Source of the DNA: Spirochaetota bacterium
GTDB lineage: Bacteria > Spirochaetota > UBA6919 > CBDBPB01
DNA length: 64,000 bases
Direction of reading: 5' to 3'
NCBI GenBank assembly: GCA_965208615.1
Contig: CBDBPB010000004.1
Coordinates: forward strand, 512,001-576,000
Numbering within the stretch: position 1 is the stretch's first letter; every line of letters begins with the position of its first letter. The notes beneath the pieces were generated by a model. It was not told where the DNA came from and did no database searches. It saw only the letters and a program-made list of their open reading frames with translations. A program made the translations under genes and the position numbers. Below are positions 20,204-30,797 of the stretch, one piece after another.

Positions 20204-22707
20204 TTAGCCCGCCTTATAAAGGCTCTCTCTTAATAATAGGATTGGCTCTTTTTGTATATTGTTATTATCCAAAGAAAATTGAGCCAGCCTTATAATCTTT
20301 AGGGTTAATAGGTGTTTTTTATCCCTTTGGAATAGAAAAGTTAAATAGTCAAACAAACTAGCTGAGATATTACTAGTCTTAAAAGCTAATACAATATAAC
20401 TATCAACTATATAAGCCTTTATAAATAAGTTTAACTTGTCTTTCTTAACACCATTCTTAATGGATGGTATATACTCTATACTGTCCAAAAGCTTTATTCT
20501 CTCTTCCAAAGGCTTAAGCATAATAATATCATCAAGATATATTTTATATTCCAGCATATTTATATCAGCATTAAGATTTGGCAGTTTATCACTAGTATAA
20601 TAAAAATCATTTACTTGTACGCCCAAAGGTAACTGACTATTAATACTGTCCTTAAAATTAGTAAAGTCATAATCCGACTTAACCTTAAACTGAAGATATT
20701 CAGCTAAGCTCTCTACACCAGTAGGCAAGGGATTAACTATTTCTATTTTAGGTATAGGATTAAACCCCTTAGAAAATATAATAGGTAAATCCATTCTCAA
20801 GACTGCCCTCTGAATAAGGTTATACAACTCCAAGTGGGATAAAAATCGTAGTATACCCTCCTTAGTAAACTTTATCCTCACCGTAATATGATTATCGTTA
20901 TCAATATGGCTATCTTTTGTATTGACTATATTATTCTCAGTATCGTCAAAAACCCTCTTTAACTCCTTATTACAAACACCACAATAATCATAACATTTAT
21001 CCCTACAATCTTTAGTCTCACAAGCATTATTAGCCTTATCCAACTCGCTAATTAAAAACCATTATCAACGTTAGAACCTATATGATCCCAGGGTAACAGG
21101 CTGTTTAAGTCAATATCCTTATGTATATAATCATCAATGTTAATATTTAAGTCCTTTAATACGCTCATCCAAAGGCTAAAGTTAAAATGATCACCCCATC
21201 CCTGAAAGATAGCACCCCTTTTATATACCCCGTGAATAACCCCGGATATTAACCTATCCCCCCTTGCTATAAGACCCTCTATAAGGCTCATCTGAGGAGA
21301 ATGAAACTTTAATTTTATCCTCTTATTGCGTAAACCTAAAGATAAATTATTTAGCTTATCCTCAGCCTCAGAAATAGTAATCTGTTTAGCCCACTGAAAA
21401 GGAGTATGAGACTTAGGTATAAAAACACCAATGTTAAGATTAATCCTTAATCCCCTGTTATCCGATAGTAGTTTATTAACCAATTTAATAATGCTATTCT
21501 CTTCATTACTACTACTAGAGGGTAAACCAATCATAAAGTATAATTTAATAGTTTTCCATCCAAGTTTAGTGACCTTTTTAACAATATCCAAAAGCTTATC
21601 TTCGGTTACCCTTTTGTTAATAACATCCCTTGTATGCTCACTAGCGGCCTCTATAGCAAAAGTAAGCCCAGTTTTTCTAACCTTTTTAATCTGTATTGCC
21701 GAATCTAAAGTAAAAGCATCTATCCTCAAAGAAGGTAAGGAAAATGATATACCCCTATTAGCAAATGTATTGTTCAGAACAGCAATAAGCTCGGATAAGT
21801 TACTATAATCAGCTATACTAAGGGATAACAAAGATGCCTCTCTATAACCCGTATTTTTGAATAGACTTTTTGCTATATTTACAATAGAATTAATAGAACG
21901 CTCACGTACAGGACGATATATCATACCAGCTTGACAAAACCTACATCCAGCAGTACATCCACGGGATACCTCTATAAAGCCATAATCTTGGGTCACCTGC
22001 GTATAGGGTACTGGTGGACGAATAGGATGACTAATCTTATTAATATCGCCTTGAGCCAGTGTTCTAATCTTAGTATTAGAATTATGTTTAGCTGGAACAT
22101 ATATACCGGGTAATAAAGAGTAGTTATTAAGCATATCCTCTTTGGATAAGCCTTTATTATCCATATCTATAAACTTGTTACCTATATCTATAATAGCGGT
22201 CTCACCCTCACCTATCACGAATAAGTCTATAAAGTCAGCAATAGGCTCAGGATTATAACAACATGGTCCCCCAGCTATTACAAGGGGATAAGTACTATCC
22301 CTATCCTTGCTATAGAGCGGGATATTAGCAAGATCCAAAATAGCCAACACATTTGTGAAGGTTAATTCATACTGCAATGAAAAACCAATAATATCAAAGC
22401 CTTTCAAAGGAGTACCAGACTCAAGGGAACATAATTCTAGTTTATTATCCCTTAGCTGACTAACCATATCCACCCACGGCATAAATACTCTCTCGCATAA
22501 CATATTATCCCTAGAATTAATAATCTCATAAAGATATTTAATCCCCAAGTTAGACATACCAATATCGTATAGATCAGGATAGGAAAGCACCATTTTAAAG
22601 TCTACCTTGTTAAAGTCCTTCTTAACAGAGTTGATCTCCCTACCAATATATCTAGAAGGCTTGGATACCTTAATTAAAATATCGTTAAATAATTTATCAT
22701 TTATCAT
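20204..22707 (-). CDS. TIGR03960 radical SAM protein fused to a TIGR03936/DUF2344 domain, split by a frameshift at ~21055
   Basis: KPSRYIGRE; CTAGCRFC SAM motif; adding one T to the T5 run reads LPWDHI...GFLISELDKANN..TKDCR..C..CGVC into RFLSHLEL...FSKGFNPIPK. Confidence 0.85.
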
Positions 22708-22871
22708 TAAAAGTCCTGTTTATGAATTATCACAAGTAAAAAAGTTCTTTCATTTTGTCAATAATAATTATGTCTTAAATAAAGATAACTAAAAAAAATA
22801 ACAGTATTGGCTGTTATAATATAGTTTTTATTTATTATAATAAAGTATTATCTTAAGTTATAAAATTCAAT

Positions 22872-23837
22872 ATGATCAGATTAAAGTATATAACTATATT
22901 TATAACTATTTTCCTACTAACTGGATATAACTGTAATCCACGGACTAAAGTAAAAGAGACTATAATAGATAAAAATACTTTAACCTATGAAGATAAACTA
23001 GAACCTACTAAGAAAGCTGTTACAAAACCTAAAAAAGCCATTAGAAAACCTATAGTAAAACCTGAAAAAACTATTAGAAAGCCTATAGTAAAACCTAAAA
23101 AAGCCATTAGAAAGCCTATAGTAAAACCTAAAAAAACTATTAAAAAATCTATAGTAAAACCTAAAAAAACTATTAAAAAATCTATAGTAAAACCTGAAAA
23201 AACTATTAAAAAATCTATAGTAAAAAATAGAAAAGAAATATTAAAAGAACTCTACAAAAAATATAAACAGGACTTTAAAAAAAGAACTGAACTACTAAAG
23301 CAAAATATCTTAATGACCCCTAAAGAAGAAAAAAACTTTGATAAAAAACTAATAACTAATATTAAATTACAAAATAAGTCCATAAAACATGAACTGCTAG
23401 GATGCTCTATAGAAGCACCTAAAACATTTAAAAAAATAAATCATAATCCTAACCTATGGCAACTACTTTATAGCAAAAATAAAACTAATATAAAGCTTTT
23501 TATTGGTATATCAAAAGAAAAAGTTAAAGCAGATAAGCTGTTTGAACAGCTAAAAACTAAATATACAAAACTTGGTAGTATAAAATGGCCTAAACATAGT
23601 CAACTTAAAAAAGATCAGCTTAAAAAACATAATGCACTAACAGGACTATATACAAAAACCTCATACATAACAACTAACTTTACTAATTTAATATATATAA
23701 GCGTATTCCAAAATAAAAATAACACTGCATTTATAATAGGAGTACTATCCCTAGGTAGTAATAATAAAAAAGATAATACCTTAAAGTCTTTAGGGTTAAT
23801 AGTAAATAAGATTTTACAATCTTTTGTATTTATATAA
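22872..23837 (+). CDS. Putative lipoprotein with a Lys/Pro-rich repeat linker
   Basis: Hydrophobic signal ending TGYNC; repeat block followed by a globular C-terminal domain. Confidence 0.6.
   Translation: MIRLKYITIFITIFLLTGYNCNPRTKVKETIIDKNTLTYEDKLEPTKKAVTKPKKAIRKPIVKPEKTIRKPIVKPKKAIRKPIVKPKKTIKKSIVKPKKTIKKSIVKPEKTIKKSIVKNRKEILKELYKKYKQDFKKRTELLKQNILMTPKEEKNFDKKLITNIKLQNKSIKHELLGCSIEAPKTFKKINHNPNLWQLLYSKNKTNIKLFIGISKEKVKADKLFEQLKTKYTKLGSIKWPKHSQLKKDQLKKHNALTGLYTKTSYITTNFTNLIYISVFQNKNNTAFIIGVLSLGSNNKKDNTLKSLGLIVNKILQSFVFI
23025..23222 (+). repeat. In-frame 33-bp tandem repeat, 6 copies (KPKKAIRKPIV / KPKKTIKKSIV)
   Basis: Seen directly; the units change gradually from first to last. Confidence 0.92.
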
Positions 23838-23880
23838 TATATTTATTACATTTTAGTTATTATTAACATTGAGGTTAAAT

Positions 23881-24942
23881 ATGGCATACCTATCTTATAA
23901 AAAAACTATTTTAATATTAATCTTTATTATCCCCTTATTCGCCTGTGGAGATAACTATACCATGACGGATAAAGATGATATTAGCTTCTCTGAGGGCATA
24001 CTTTATACGACCATTGCATATAGAGAAGGTACTCCTACCCTTAATAATATTACTTTTATTATAGAGCTTACTGATAAATCATATCAATATAATATAACCT
24101 TAAAAGCTAATACACAAACTACTGTACTATTACCCTTAAAAGCAGGACAATACTACTTCTCTATGGTAAATGGCGAAGCCGATCCCGACTTTAGCACAGT
24201 AGGTAATAAAAATGTTAGCTATCTTTACGGAAATATGTATGAAAATATTTTTGAGGTTAAACCAGGTAAAATAAACTATATTGGAAAAATATTAGTACAA
24301 GTTAACCTACGTCGGCTGGGTAAGATGTTTAAACTATCAGTTCCTGATTCTCCAACAATTAATAGGGATTTTTACTTTTTTTCATCTTATTCCAAAAAAG
24401 ATATAGAAAAATTAGAAAATAAGTTCCCTAGATTAACTAAGAAATATCTACCTGTAAAGCAAAAGATCACTTTTGGACTCGAAAGTACAAAAATTAAAAA
24501 TAGCTATAATAAACCGCTATTTTCATACGGATATGGAGGAGAAAGCTATGGTAAAGATCCACAAGGATATAACAGCTATAAATGGGGAATGAGCCTAAAT
24601 GAAATAAAATCATTACTAAAATCAGAAAATAAAAACTATAATATCATAAATAAAAATCATATTGTCGATAAAACTATTAAAGATAGTCAAATTAACTTTT
24701 ATCTTTCTAAAACAGATATTCCACAGTGGAAAGGAAAACTATATAAAATAGATTTTTATCTTAATAAAAATCCAGACTCTATAAAGGAGTCCATAATAAA
24801 GAATCATGGCTTTCCAACAAAACAAAAAAATAAATGGATATGGGAATTATCTAAAACTATTATAACCCTTGAGGGCAAAGGTAATAACTGTACACTAACC
24901 TATTATAGCAAAGGATACAAGGCTTTGGAGGAAAATATATAA
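23881..24942 (+). CDS. Hypothetical lipoprotein
   Basis: GAGGT RBS; signal ending LFAC-G lipobox. Confidence 0.65.
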   Translation: MAYLSYKKTILILIFIIPLFACGDNYTMTDKDDISFSEGILYTTIAYREGTPTLNNITFIIELTDKSYQYNITLKANTQTTVLLPLKAGQYYFSMVNGEADPDFSTVGNKNVSYLYGNMYENIFEVKPGKINYIGKILVQVNLRRLGKMFKLSVPDSPTINRDFYFFSSYSKKDIEKLENKFPRLTKKYLPVKQKITFGLESTKIKNSYNKPLFSYGYGGESYGKDPQGYNSYKWGMSLNEIKSLLKSENKNYNIINKNHIVDKTIKDSQINFYLSKTDIPQWKGKLYKIDFYLNKNPDSIKESIIKNHGFPTKQKNKWIWELSKTIITLEGKGNNCTLTYYSKGYKALEENI

Positions 24943-25007
24943 ATAATAATTTTAATACTTGATCTCTATTATAATCTTAACTATTATAATTAATATAACT
25001 AATTATA

Positions 25008-26060
25008 AAAAAGGTGGATACATGAGTCGTAAGTTAAGCGTATTATTATTTTCCATTTTGGCTATAACATATCAGCCTAAGGTATATCCTATTGATAATT
25101 ATAAGGTTAACCAAAGACTAAATGTACTTGCCTCTAGTCTTAATATGAGGACTAGCCCATCTATAAAGGCTAAAGTTATTAGGTCTATCCCCTATGGTGC
25201 AAGGGTAAGGGTTTTATCTAAAACTCGTAATAGATATTTATCCAACGGTATTAAGGGATATTGGGTTGAAGTGTTATACAAAAATAAGGTTGGATATATC
25301 TTTGATGGATATTTAACTCGCTTTCCTGTACCCCATAAGTCTTGTAAAACTATTGAACAGTATGCAAATAAACACCTTACTAGGATTGCTAAGCCTAAGT
25401 ATACAAAAAATGGAGTTATACACAGATACAAGGGAGCAAAGATAATTATAGAAAGTGGACATGAATATGGTTTTGAGATGTTAATTATTAAAGGAATGTC
25501 TTTAGAAGAGGCATATCTTATATCTAAACTTTGCTATTCTAAGAATAAATACCCAATTCACAAGGCTATTAAACAGAGTTCTTTTAAACTAAACAAAAAA
25601 GGAGAGATTCATATTATTGAGTTAGACAGTATTCACAGTGATTTTGGGAGTACCTACAGCCTTAAAATTAAAAAAAGCCCTAATGGGTATACATATATAG
25701 ATTTTGGATACACTTTATAAGTTCTTTATAAAAGGTGGATATATGAGTCGTAAGTTAAGCGTATTATTATTTTCCATTTTGGCTATAATATATCACTCTA
25801 AGGTATATCCTATTGATAATTATAAGGTTAACCAAAGGCTAAATGTGCTTGCCTCTAGCCTTAATATGAGGAATAGCCCATCTATAAAGGCTAAAATTAT
25901 TAGGTCTATCCCCTATGGTGCAAGGGTAAGGGTTTTATCTAAAACTCGTAATAGGTATTTATCCAACGGTATTAAGGGATATTGGGTTGAAGTGTTATAC
26001 AAAAATAAGGCTGGATATATCTTTGATGGATATTTAACTCGTTTTCCTGTACCTCATAAA
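25008..26060 (+). repeat. ~330-bp near-identical direct duplication (~25008-25339 and ~25729-26060)
   Basis: RBS, signal peptide and SH3 coding sequence are repeated with only scattered substitutions. Confidence 0.92.
25022..25720 (+). CDS. Exported SH3b-domain protein, paralog 1
   Basis: Signal peptide; SH3_3-type motif SLNMRTSPS...IPYGARVRV...GYWVEV...GYIFDGYL; GGTGG RBS. Confidence 0.82.
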   Translation: MSRKLSVLLFSILAITYQPKVYPIDNYKVNQRLNVLASSLNMRTSPSIKAKVIRSIPYGARVRVLSKTRNRYLSNGIKGYWVEVLYKNKVGYIFDGYLTRFPVPHKSCKTIEQYANKHLTRIAKPKYTKNGVIHRYKGAKIIIESGHEYGFEMLIIKGMSLEEAYLISKLCYSKNKYPIHKAIKQSSFKLNKKGEIHIIELDSIHSDFGSTYSLKIKKSPNGYTYIDFGYTL

Positions 26061-26456
26061 ACATGTAAAAGCCTTAAACAGTATGTAAATAAAGGTTTTA
26101 CTAAGATTGACAATAAACCTATAAAGATAATTGATCCCTATAAAAGTACTGACAGTCATTATTCTAAATATATGCAGAGATATAAAGGAGCAAAGCTAAT
26201 TGTAGAAGAAGGATATGAATACGGTTATGAGATTTTAATTATTAAAGGAATCTCTTTAGAAGAGGCATACCTTATAGCTAAGCTCTCTTATTCTAATAGT
26301 ATACTATATATTAATAAGGCTATTAAAAAGAGCTCATTTAGCCTGAACAGTAAAGGAGAAGTTTATATTAAAGCTGGTATTAATGGTACCCAAAGCGTTA
26401 AAATTAGAAAAAACTCTAAAGGGTATACATATATAATTTTTGAATACGGTGCATAA
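25743..26456 (+). CDS. Exported SH3b-domain protein, paralog 2
   Basis: Same N-terminal SH3 region as 25022-25720, with a divergent C-half. Confidence 0.82.
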   Translation: MSRKLSVLLFSILAIIYHSKVYPIDNYKVNQRLNVLASSLNMRNSPSIKAKIIRSIPYGARVRVLSKTRNRYLSNGIKGYWVEVLYKNKAGYIFDGYLTRFPVPHKTCKSLKQYVNKGFTKIDNKPIKIIDPYKSTDSHYSKYMQRYKGAKLIVEEGYEYGYEILIIKGISLEEAYLIAKLSYSNSILYINKAIKKSSFSLNSKGEVYIKAGINGTQSVKIRKNSKGYTYIIFEYGA

Positions 26457-26480
26457 TTATTAAATAAATAATAGGTTATT

Positions 26481-28331
26481 ATGAAGCTGGTTATCGTTAT
26501 AACACTTTTTTTATTTACCAGTCCTATATACCCAGGACAGGTAACAGTAGGCTATTTTTCTAATAAGTCCAAAACCAATTGGGACTGGCTTTCTATAGGT
26601 ATTAGCTATTCTATAATAGATGGACTCCAATTTGTTAAAAACCTAGCCCTTGTTAACTTTAATACTGCTTATTATTCTCTTAACAGGTCCAAAAATAAGG
26701 ATAAGTTCCTTTTTGGTGCAAGTACTAACTATCTTATTTTTGGAGAGTATAAAATAAATAATAATAGTTTATATATTAGGGTTAAGATTTTAAATATCCA
26801 GAGTAAAAAGCTTGTTGAGTTTAGAGATACAGGTCAACTGAAAGACTTTTCTAATAATCTTACCAACATAACAATAAAAATTGCAAATTATATACTAAGT
26901 AATATTAATAAGCCTTATGTCTATCTGGAAAAGAAAAGCCTATTAAATTACAGAAGGCATAATCCTCTTAATATAGAGTTTTTACGTCAGTATATGAGGG
27001 CATGGGATTATGCAATGAAAGAAGATAGCATTAATACCATAGCCTATTGCAAAAGAGGATTATTATATTCACCTAATAATTTAAGTGCCATATTGCTTAT
27101 GGCTAAGGCTCATGCATTAAGAAGTGAATATATTTTTGCTAATAAGCTACTTAAGGATGTTTTTTTATTATCGTCCAAATGGTTAGTTAGGATTTATTTA
27201 ACTTATGCTAGTTATGAACTCGGTTTATTATACCACATTAGGGGGGATTATAAAAAGGCTTTCAGACTGCTTAAGAAGGTAGCTAAGCTTAATAATGAGA
27301 TGGGTGATAAGCTTTTGTATGGCAGAATATTAAATCGTATTGCTTATTTATATTTTCTAAAAGGAGAACATACAAAAGCAAGAGCATACTACGATAATGC
27401 ATTACAAACGTTTATGATATTGGATAGTCAAAAAGATATTGCTATAACTCGTCGTTTTTTCGCATTTTATTACCATACTCGCGGGAATTATGTTTTAGCC
27501 AGTCGTCTTTTGACTATTGCTTTAAAGGCTCATAAAAATAATGCAAATAATATTGAAATAATTAATGACTATATTCTCAAAGGAAATATAGAAAGGGCTA
27601 CTGGAAAGTATAATGAGGCTATATCATCGTATAAAACAGCATTAGGAGGTACAAGGTTATTAAATCTTAGAATAACAGAAGGCAAAATATATAACTTAAT
27701 GGCATCTGCTTATGATCTTCTTGGAGAAAAAGAAGTTGCTAAAACAATGGTTAACAAAGCAATCAAAGATCAGAAAGCCATTCACGATCTAAAAGGACTA
27801 GCTATAACATATAACAACCTTGGACTAATCTATTATACATCATCTTTATATAAAGAATCATTAGAATATTATAAAAAATCCCTTAATATTAACTTAAACC
27901 TTGACTTAAAGTATGCAATAGCTCGGGATTATACTAATATAGGGTTAGTTTTTAGTTCTAATGAGGAATATGATAAGGCAATCAGCTATTATAATAAGGC
28001 ACTTAACCTACGAAAGACCTTGGATGATCGTATAGGAATTGCTATAACAAAAAATAGTTTTGCTTTGTTGTATATTAATAAAGATAGTAATTACGATAAG
28101 GCTTTGGATATTTATCAGCAATCGATTAGTGATATGAAAAAAGAAGGTTATAATGAGGGAGTGGCTATTAGCTATTGGATGATGGGTATTATTTATGAAA
28201 AACAAGGATTATATACTTTAGCGATAAATAGTTATATAAGCTCCCGGGATTTATTTTTGGAGTTAAACCATAACAATTATAAAAACCTTAATATTGCTAT
28301 TAAGCAGTTAGAACACAAAATAAAGAAATAA
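26481..28331 (+). CDS. Exported TPR protein (N-terminal TolB/FlgO-like domain plus a long TPR_12-type array)
   Basis: Signal peptide; VGYFSN...WDWLSIGI...YLIFGEY; repeats such as AITYNNLGLIY...ESLEYYKKSL and ARDYTNIGLVF...KAISYYNKAL. Confidence 0.75.
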   Translation: MKLVIVITLFLFTSPIYPGQVTVGYFSNKSKTNWDWLSIGISYSIIDGLQFVKNLALVNFNTAYYSLNRSKNKDKFLFGASTNYLIFGEYKINNNSLYIRVKILNIQSKKLVEFRDTGQLKDFSNNLTNITIKIANYILSNINKPYVYLEKKSLLNYRRHNPLNIEFLRQYMRAWDYAMKEDSINTIAYCKRGLLYSPNNLSAILLMAKAHALRSEYIFANKLLKDVFLLSSKWLVRIYLTYASYELGLLYHIRGDYKKAFRLLKKVAKLNNEMGDKLLYGRILNRIAYLYFLKGEHTKARAYYDNALQTFMILDSQKDIAITRRFFAFYYHTRGNYVLASRLLTIALKAHKNNANNIEIINDYILKGNIERATGKYNEAISSYKTALGGTRLLNLRITEGKIYNLMASAYDLLGEKEVAKTMVNKAIKDQKAIHDLKGLAITYNNLGLIYYTSSLYKESLEYYKKSLNINLNLDLKYAIARDYTNIGLVFSSNEEYDKAISYYNKALNLRKTLDDRIGIAITKNSFALLYINKDSNYDKALDIYQQSISDMKKEGYNEGVAISYWMMGIIYEKQGLYTLAINSYISSRDLFLELNHNNYKNLNIAIKQLEHKIKK

Positions 28332-28341
28332 AGCTTTTGTT

Positions 28342-29718
28342 TTAGAGTAGCTCTTTCCACAAAGAACCACTTGCCCATTTTAGGTTTAGGATATTTAATC
28401 TAAGTTTTAAGGTTGACTGTTGATATTCTATTTTATAATATATTTCTTTTTCTTTGGCCTCAATAACGTCTTCCATACCTTTTTTACCTAAGCTATACTC
28501 AACATCTGCCTTTTTAAATAGTCCCTTAGCTATTTCTACATTCAACATAGAAAGTTTAACCTTATTTTTTGCCTCTATTAGCTTGTGATAGGCCTCTAAT
28601 AGTTGATCCTTAATTTTAAATTTAATATTTCTAACTTCTGCCATAGTCTTTTGATAAAGGCTTTTATACTGTTCACGTACTACTTTGTTATTGGACTTTC
28701 TATCAAATATCTTCAAGGCAACAGAACCCTCAACATTTACAGAGTTAACATTTGGATTATTACGAATACCTAATTCAGAGTCAACTTTTACGTCATCCAA
28801 TAGGGCCATAGAGAAAGTCAAAAAAACTGACCACTCATTACTAGTAAAATCCATTTTATCATGACCTAAAGATTTAACATCCGCAAAGAGACTTATTTTA
28901 GGATAAAAAACACTTCTTTCGATTTCATATAATTCTTTTGCAATCTTAGCCTCATAATGTTTTTCTTTTATTTTCCAGTGTCCCCTAACAGACTCCCTAA
29001 GGAGCTTTTCGAAAGAAATATTTTCAGATATTGTTATATTATTACTATCCAAAAGGCTAATATCATTATTAATATTTAGTTTGTGCAAGAGTTCTAATTT
29101 TTTTCTATATAGGTCATTATTAGCAGATATAATATTATTTTTAGTTTGGATAAGCAATCCCTCAGAAAGAAGTACATCTAGTTGCACGGCTTTTTTAAGT
29201 TTGAACCTTGCTTTAGTCAGTTTATAGATTTTTAATGCCTTATCGTATTCTTTTTTTCTTATTTTGGCTATATTTTCCAGTCCTAAAATGGTATAGTATA
29301 AGGTGGATATTTCTTTATAAAGGTCATTCAGTCTTTTTTTTATACGGATTCTATTTAGTATTAGCTGACTTTTTGCTTTATAGTTGTTATAGATAATCGC
29401 CCTGTCATATATGGGGAGTTCAAGGCTGTTCTGAAAAGTAAATATAGTAGCTCCCCTTTGATTGCTAAAAGAAAAAGAATTACTTTTACTGAACTTAGAT
29501 GTTATTCTTGGATAAAAATCCTTAACAGCTTCTTTTTTAGTTATGTGAAATACTTTTCTATCAAACTTTAGTTTTTTTAGTTCGAGGTCTTGATTCTGAG
29601 CCATTATAAGGCTGTTTCTAAGGCTAAGTGATCGTGCAAAAGAGGGTTTATAGGCATTTAGAACTACAATCAAGATAGAGCAGGCTAAAACAATAAGCTT
29701 AACAACTTTATAGTACAT
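28342..29718 (-). CDS. TolC-family outer-membrane efflux protein
   Basis: Signal peptide; two repeats with FYPRI/FYPKISL strands and helical YxLGK...DV segments. Confidence 0.78.
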   Translation of the reverse strand: MYYKVVKLIVLACSILIVVLNAYKPSFARSLSLRNSLIMAQNQDLELKKLKFDRKVFHITKKEAVKDFYPRITSKFSKSNSFSFSNQRGATIFTFQNSLELPIYDRAIIYNNYKAKSQLILNRIRIKKRLNDLYKEISTLYYTILGLENIAKIRKKEYDKALKIYKLTKARFKLKKAVQLDVLLSEGLLIQTKNNIISANNDLYRKKLELLHKLNINNDISLLDSNNITISENISFEKLLRESVRGHWKIKEKHYEAKIAKELYEIERSVFYPKISLFADVKSLGHDKMDFTSNEWSVFLTFSMALLDDVKVDSELGIRNNPNVNSVNVEGSVALKIFDRKSNNKVVREQYKSLYQKTMAEVRNIKFKIKDQLLEAYHKLIEAKNKVKLSMLNVEIAKGLFKKADVEYSLGKKGMEDVIEAKEKEIYYKIEYQQSTLKLRLNILNLKWASGSLWKELL

Positions 29719-29744
29719 AATATAACTGTGTTATAGTGTTATAA

Positions 29745-30551
29745 CTATCCAATTTTAAAGGCCATATTATGGTCACGATTTGTCATTCGTAATTTAGTAT
29801 CCTCTATACGCTTTATATAACTTTTTTTAGTTAACTTCATTTCCATAAATAGCTTATATAGTTCTATCTCGAATGATAAGGCCTCACAAATGGCAAATGT
29901 TAGATTTTTACATTTTGCTAATTCTATAATCATATGTCTAGTATTTAGTCTATGGGGATTAGCAAAGCTTCTAATTTTTTGTGCACTAATAGGATCCATC
30001 TTACCGCCAACAGAGGTAAGTTTATTTTTATTTTTAACTCGTTCGATAATATCTATAATAACGTCTATTACTTTATTGTGGTTAACGGGGTAGTCCATAG
30101 AGCCTGCAAGATCACTTCTACCAACAGTAACCTGATTAACAAGGTCAAACAGAGGATGCATTATTATACTATTTATATTATAGTACCCTGTAATAGTTTC
30201 GAGATTTATTAGGATACTAAGTTTTTTTAGTTTATCTTTGGCCAGTTCTTTTACCGTAGTGATAAAATTAATGAATCCGTAATCTGATTCAATCATGGGA
30301 GCAAGTATACCATCTACTTTTATATTAAGGCATTCTCTAATATCGTTTCTGGCTTCTGGGCCTCCGATTTTCACTGTCATAGGGACTATATTCATAGATA
30401 TATCTCTTAGCAGAAACAATTCTTCAAAAGACATATCCTCTACTTCAGTACCACCTTTTACTCCGATTATACCATAGCTTTCTCTTAGGTACCATAGTTT
30501 TTTTCTTAGTCGTTCTTTCATAGTTTTGCTATCCGGAAGTTTATAAAACAT
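29745..30551 (-). CDS. HpcH/HpaI aldolase/citrate lyase family protein
   Basis: VKIGGPEA, ILAPMIES, INLET, VGRSDLAGS. Confidence 0.78.
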   Translation of the reverse strand: MFYKLPDSKTMKERLRKKLWYLRESYGIIGVKGGTEVEDMSFEELFLLRDISMNIVPMTVKIGGPEARNDIRECLNIKVDGILAPMIESDYGFINFITTVKELAKDKLKKLSILINLETITGYYNINSIIMHPLFDLVNQVTVGRSDLAGSMDYPVNHNKVIDVIIDIIERVKNKNKLTSVGGKMDPISAQKIRSFANPHRLNTRHMIIELAKCKNLTFAICEALSFEIELYKLFMEMKLTKKSYIKRIEDTKLRMTNRDHNMAFKIG

Positions 30552-30710
30552 GATTTGTATCGGCAGTATTAAAATTATGATTAGTTATTTTATAATGTTA
30601 ATAATCTTTATAATAAATTATAAGATGAATTAGCTTAATCCTAATGCTAACTACTATCTATTATAGAGAGTTATAACATATTAGACCCTTTAAAAAAAAA
30701 TATAAATCGC

Positions 30711-30739
30711 TTGACAGTAAAAACTATTTTTTTTATCTT
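30711..30739 (+). promoter_or_regulatory. Sigma70 promoter of the cysteine synthase/sulfur-carrier operon
   Basis: TTGACA-17 bp-TATCTT; the ORF-track TTG start at 30711 is this -35 box. Confidence 0.65.
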
Positions 30740-30753
30740 AAAAAAAAGCCAAT

Positions 30754-30781
30754 ATAGACTATTATACTCTAATAGGTCTAT
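30754..30781. promoter_or_regulatory. Imperfect palindrome, candidate operator
   Basis: ATAGAC-TATTA tactc TAATAGGTCTAT, just downstream of the promoter. Confidence 0.45.
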
Positions 30782-30797
30782 TAATTATATCTTTAGC

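Noticed and set aside
30711-30797. N-terminal extension of cysteine synthase from TTG 30711
   Set aside because: That TTG is the -35 hexamer, and the extension has no family similarity
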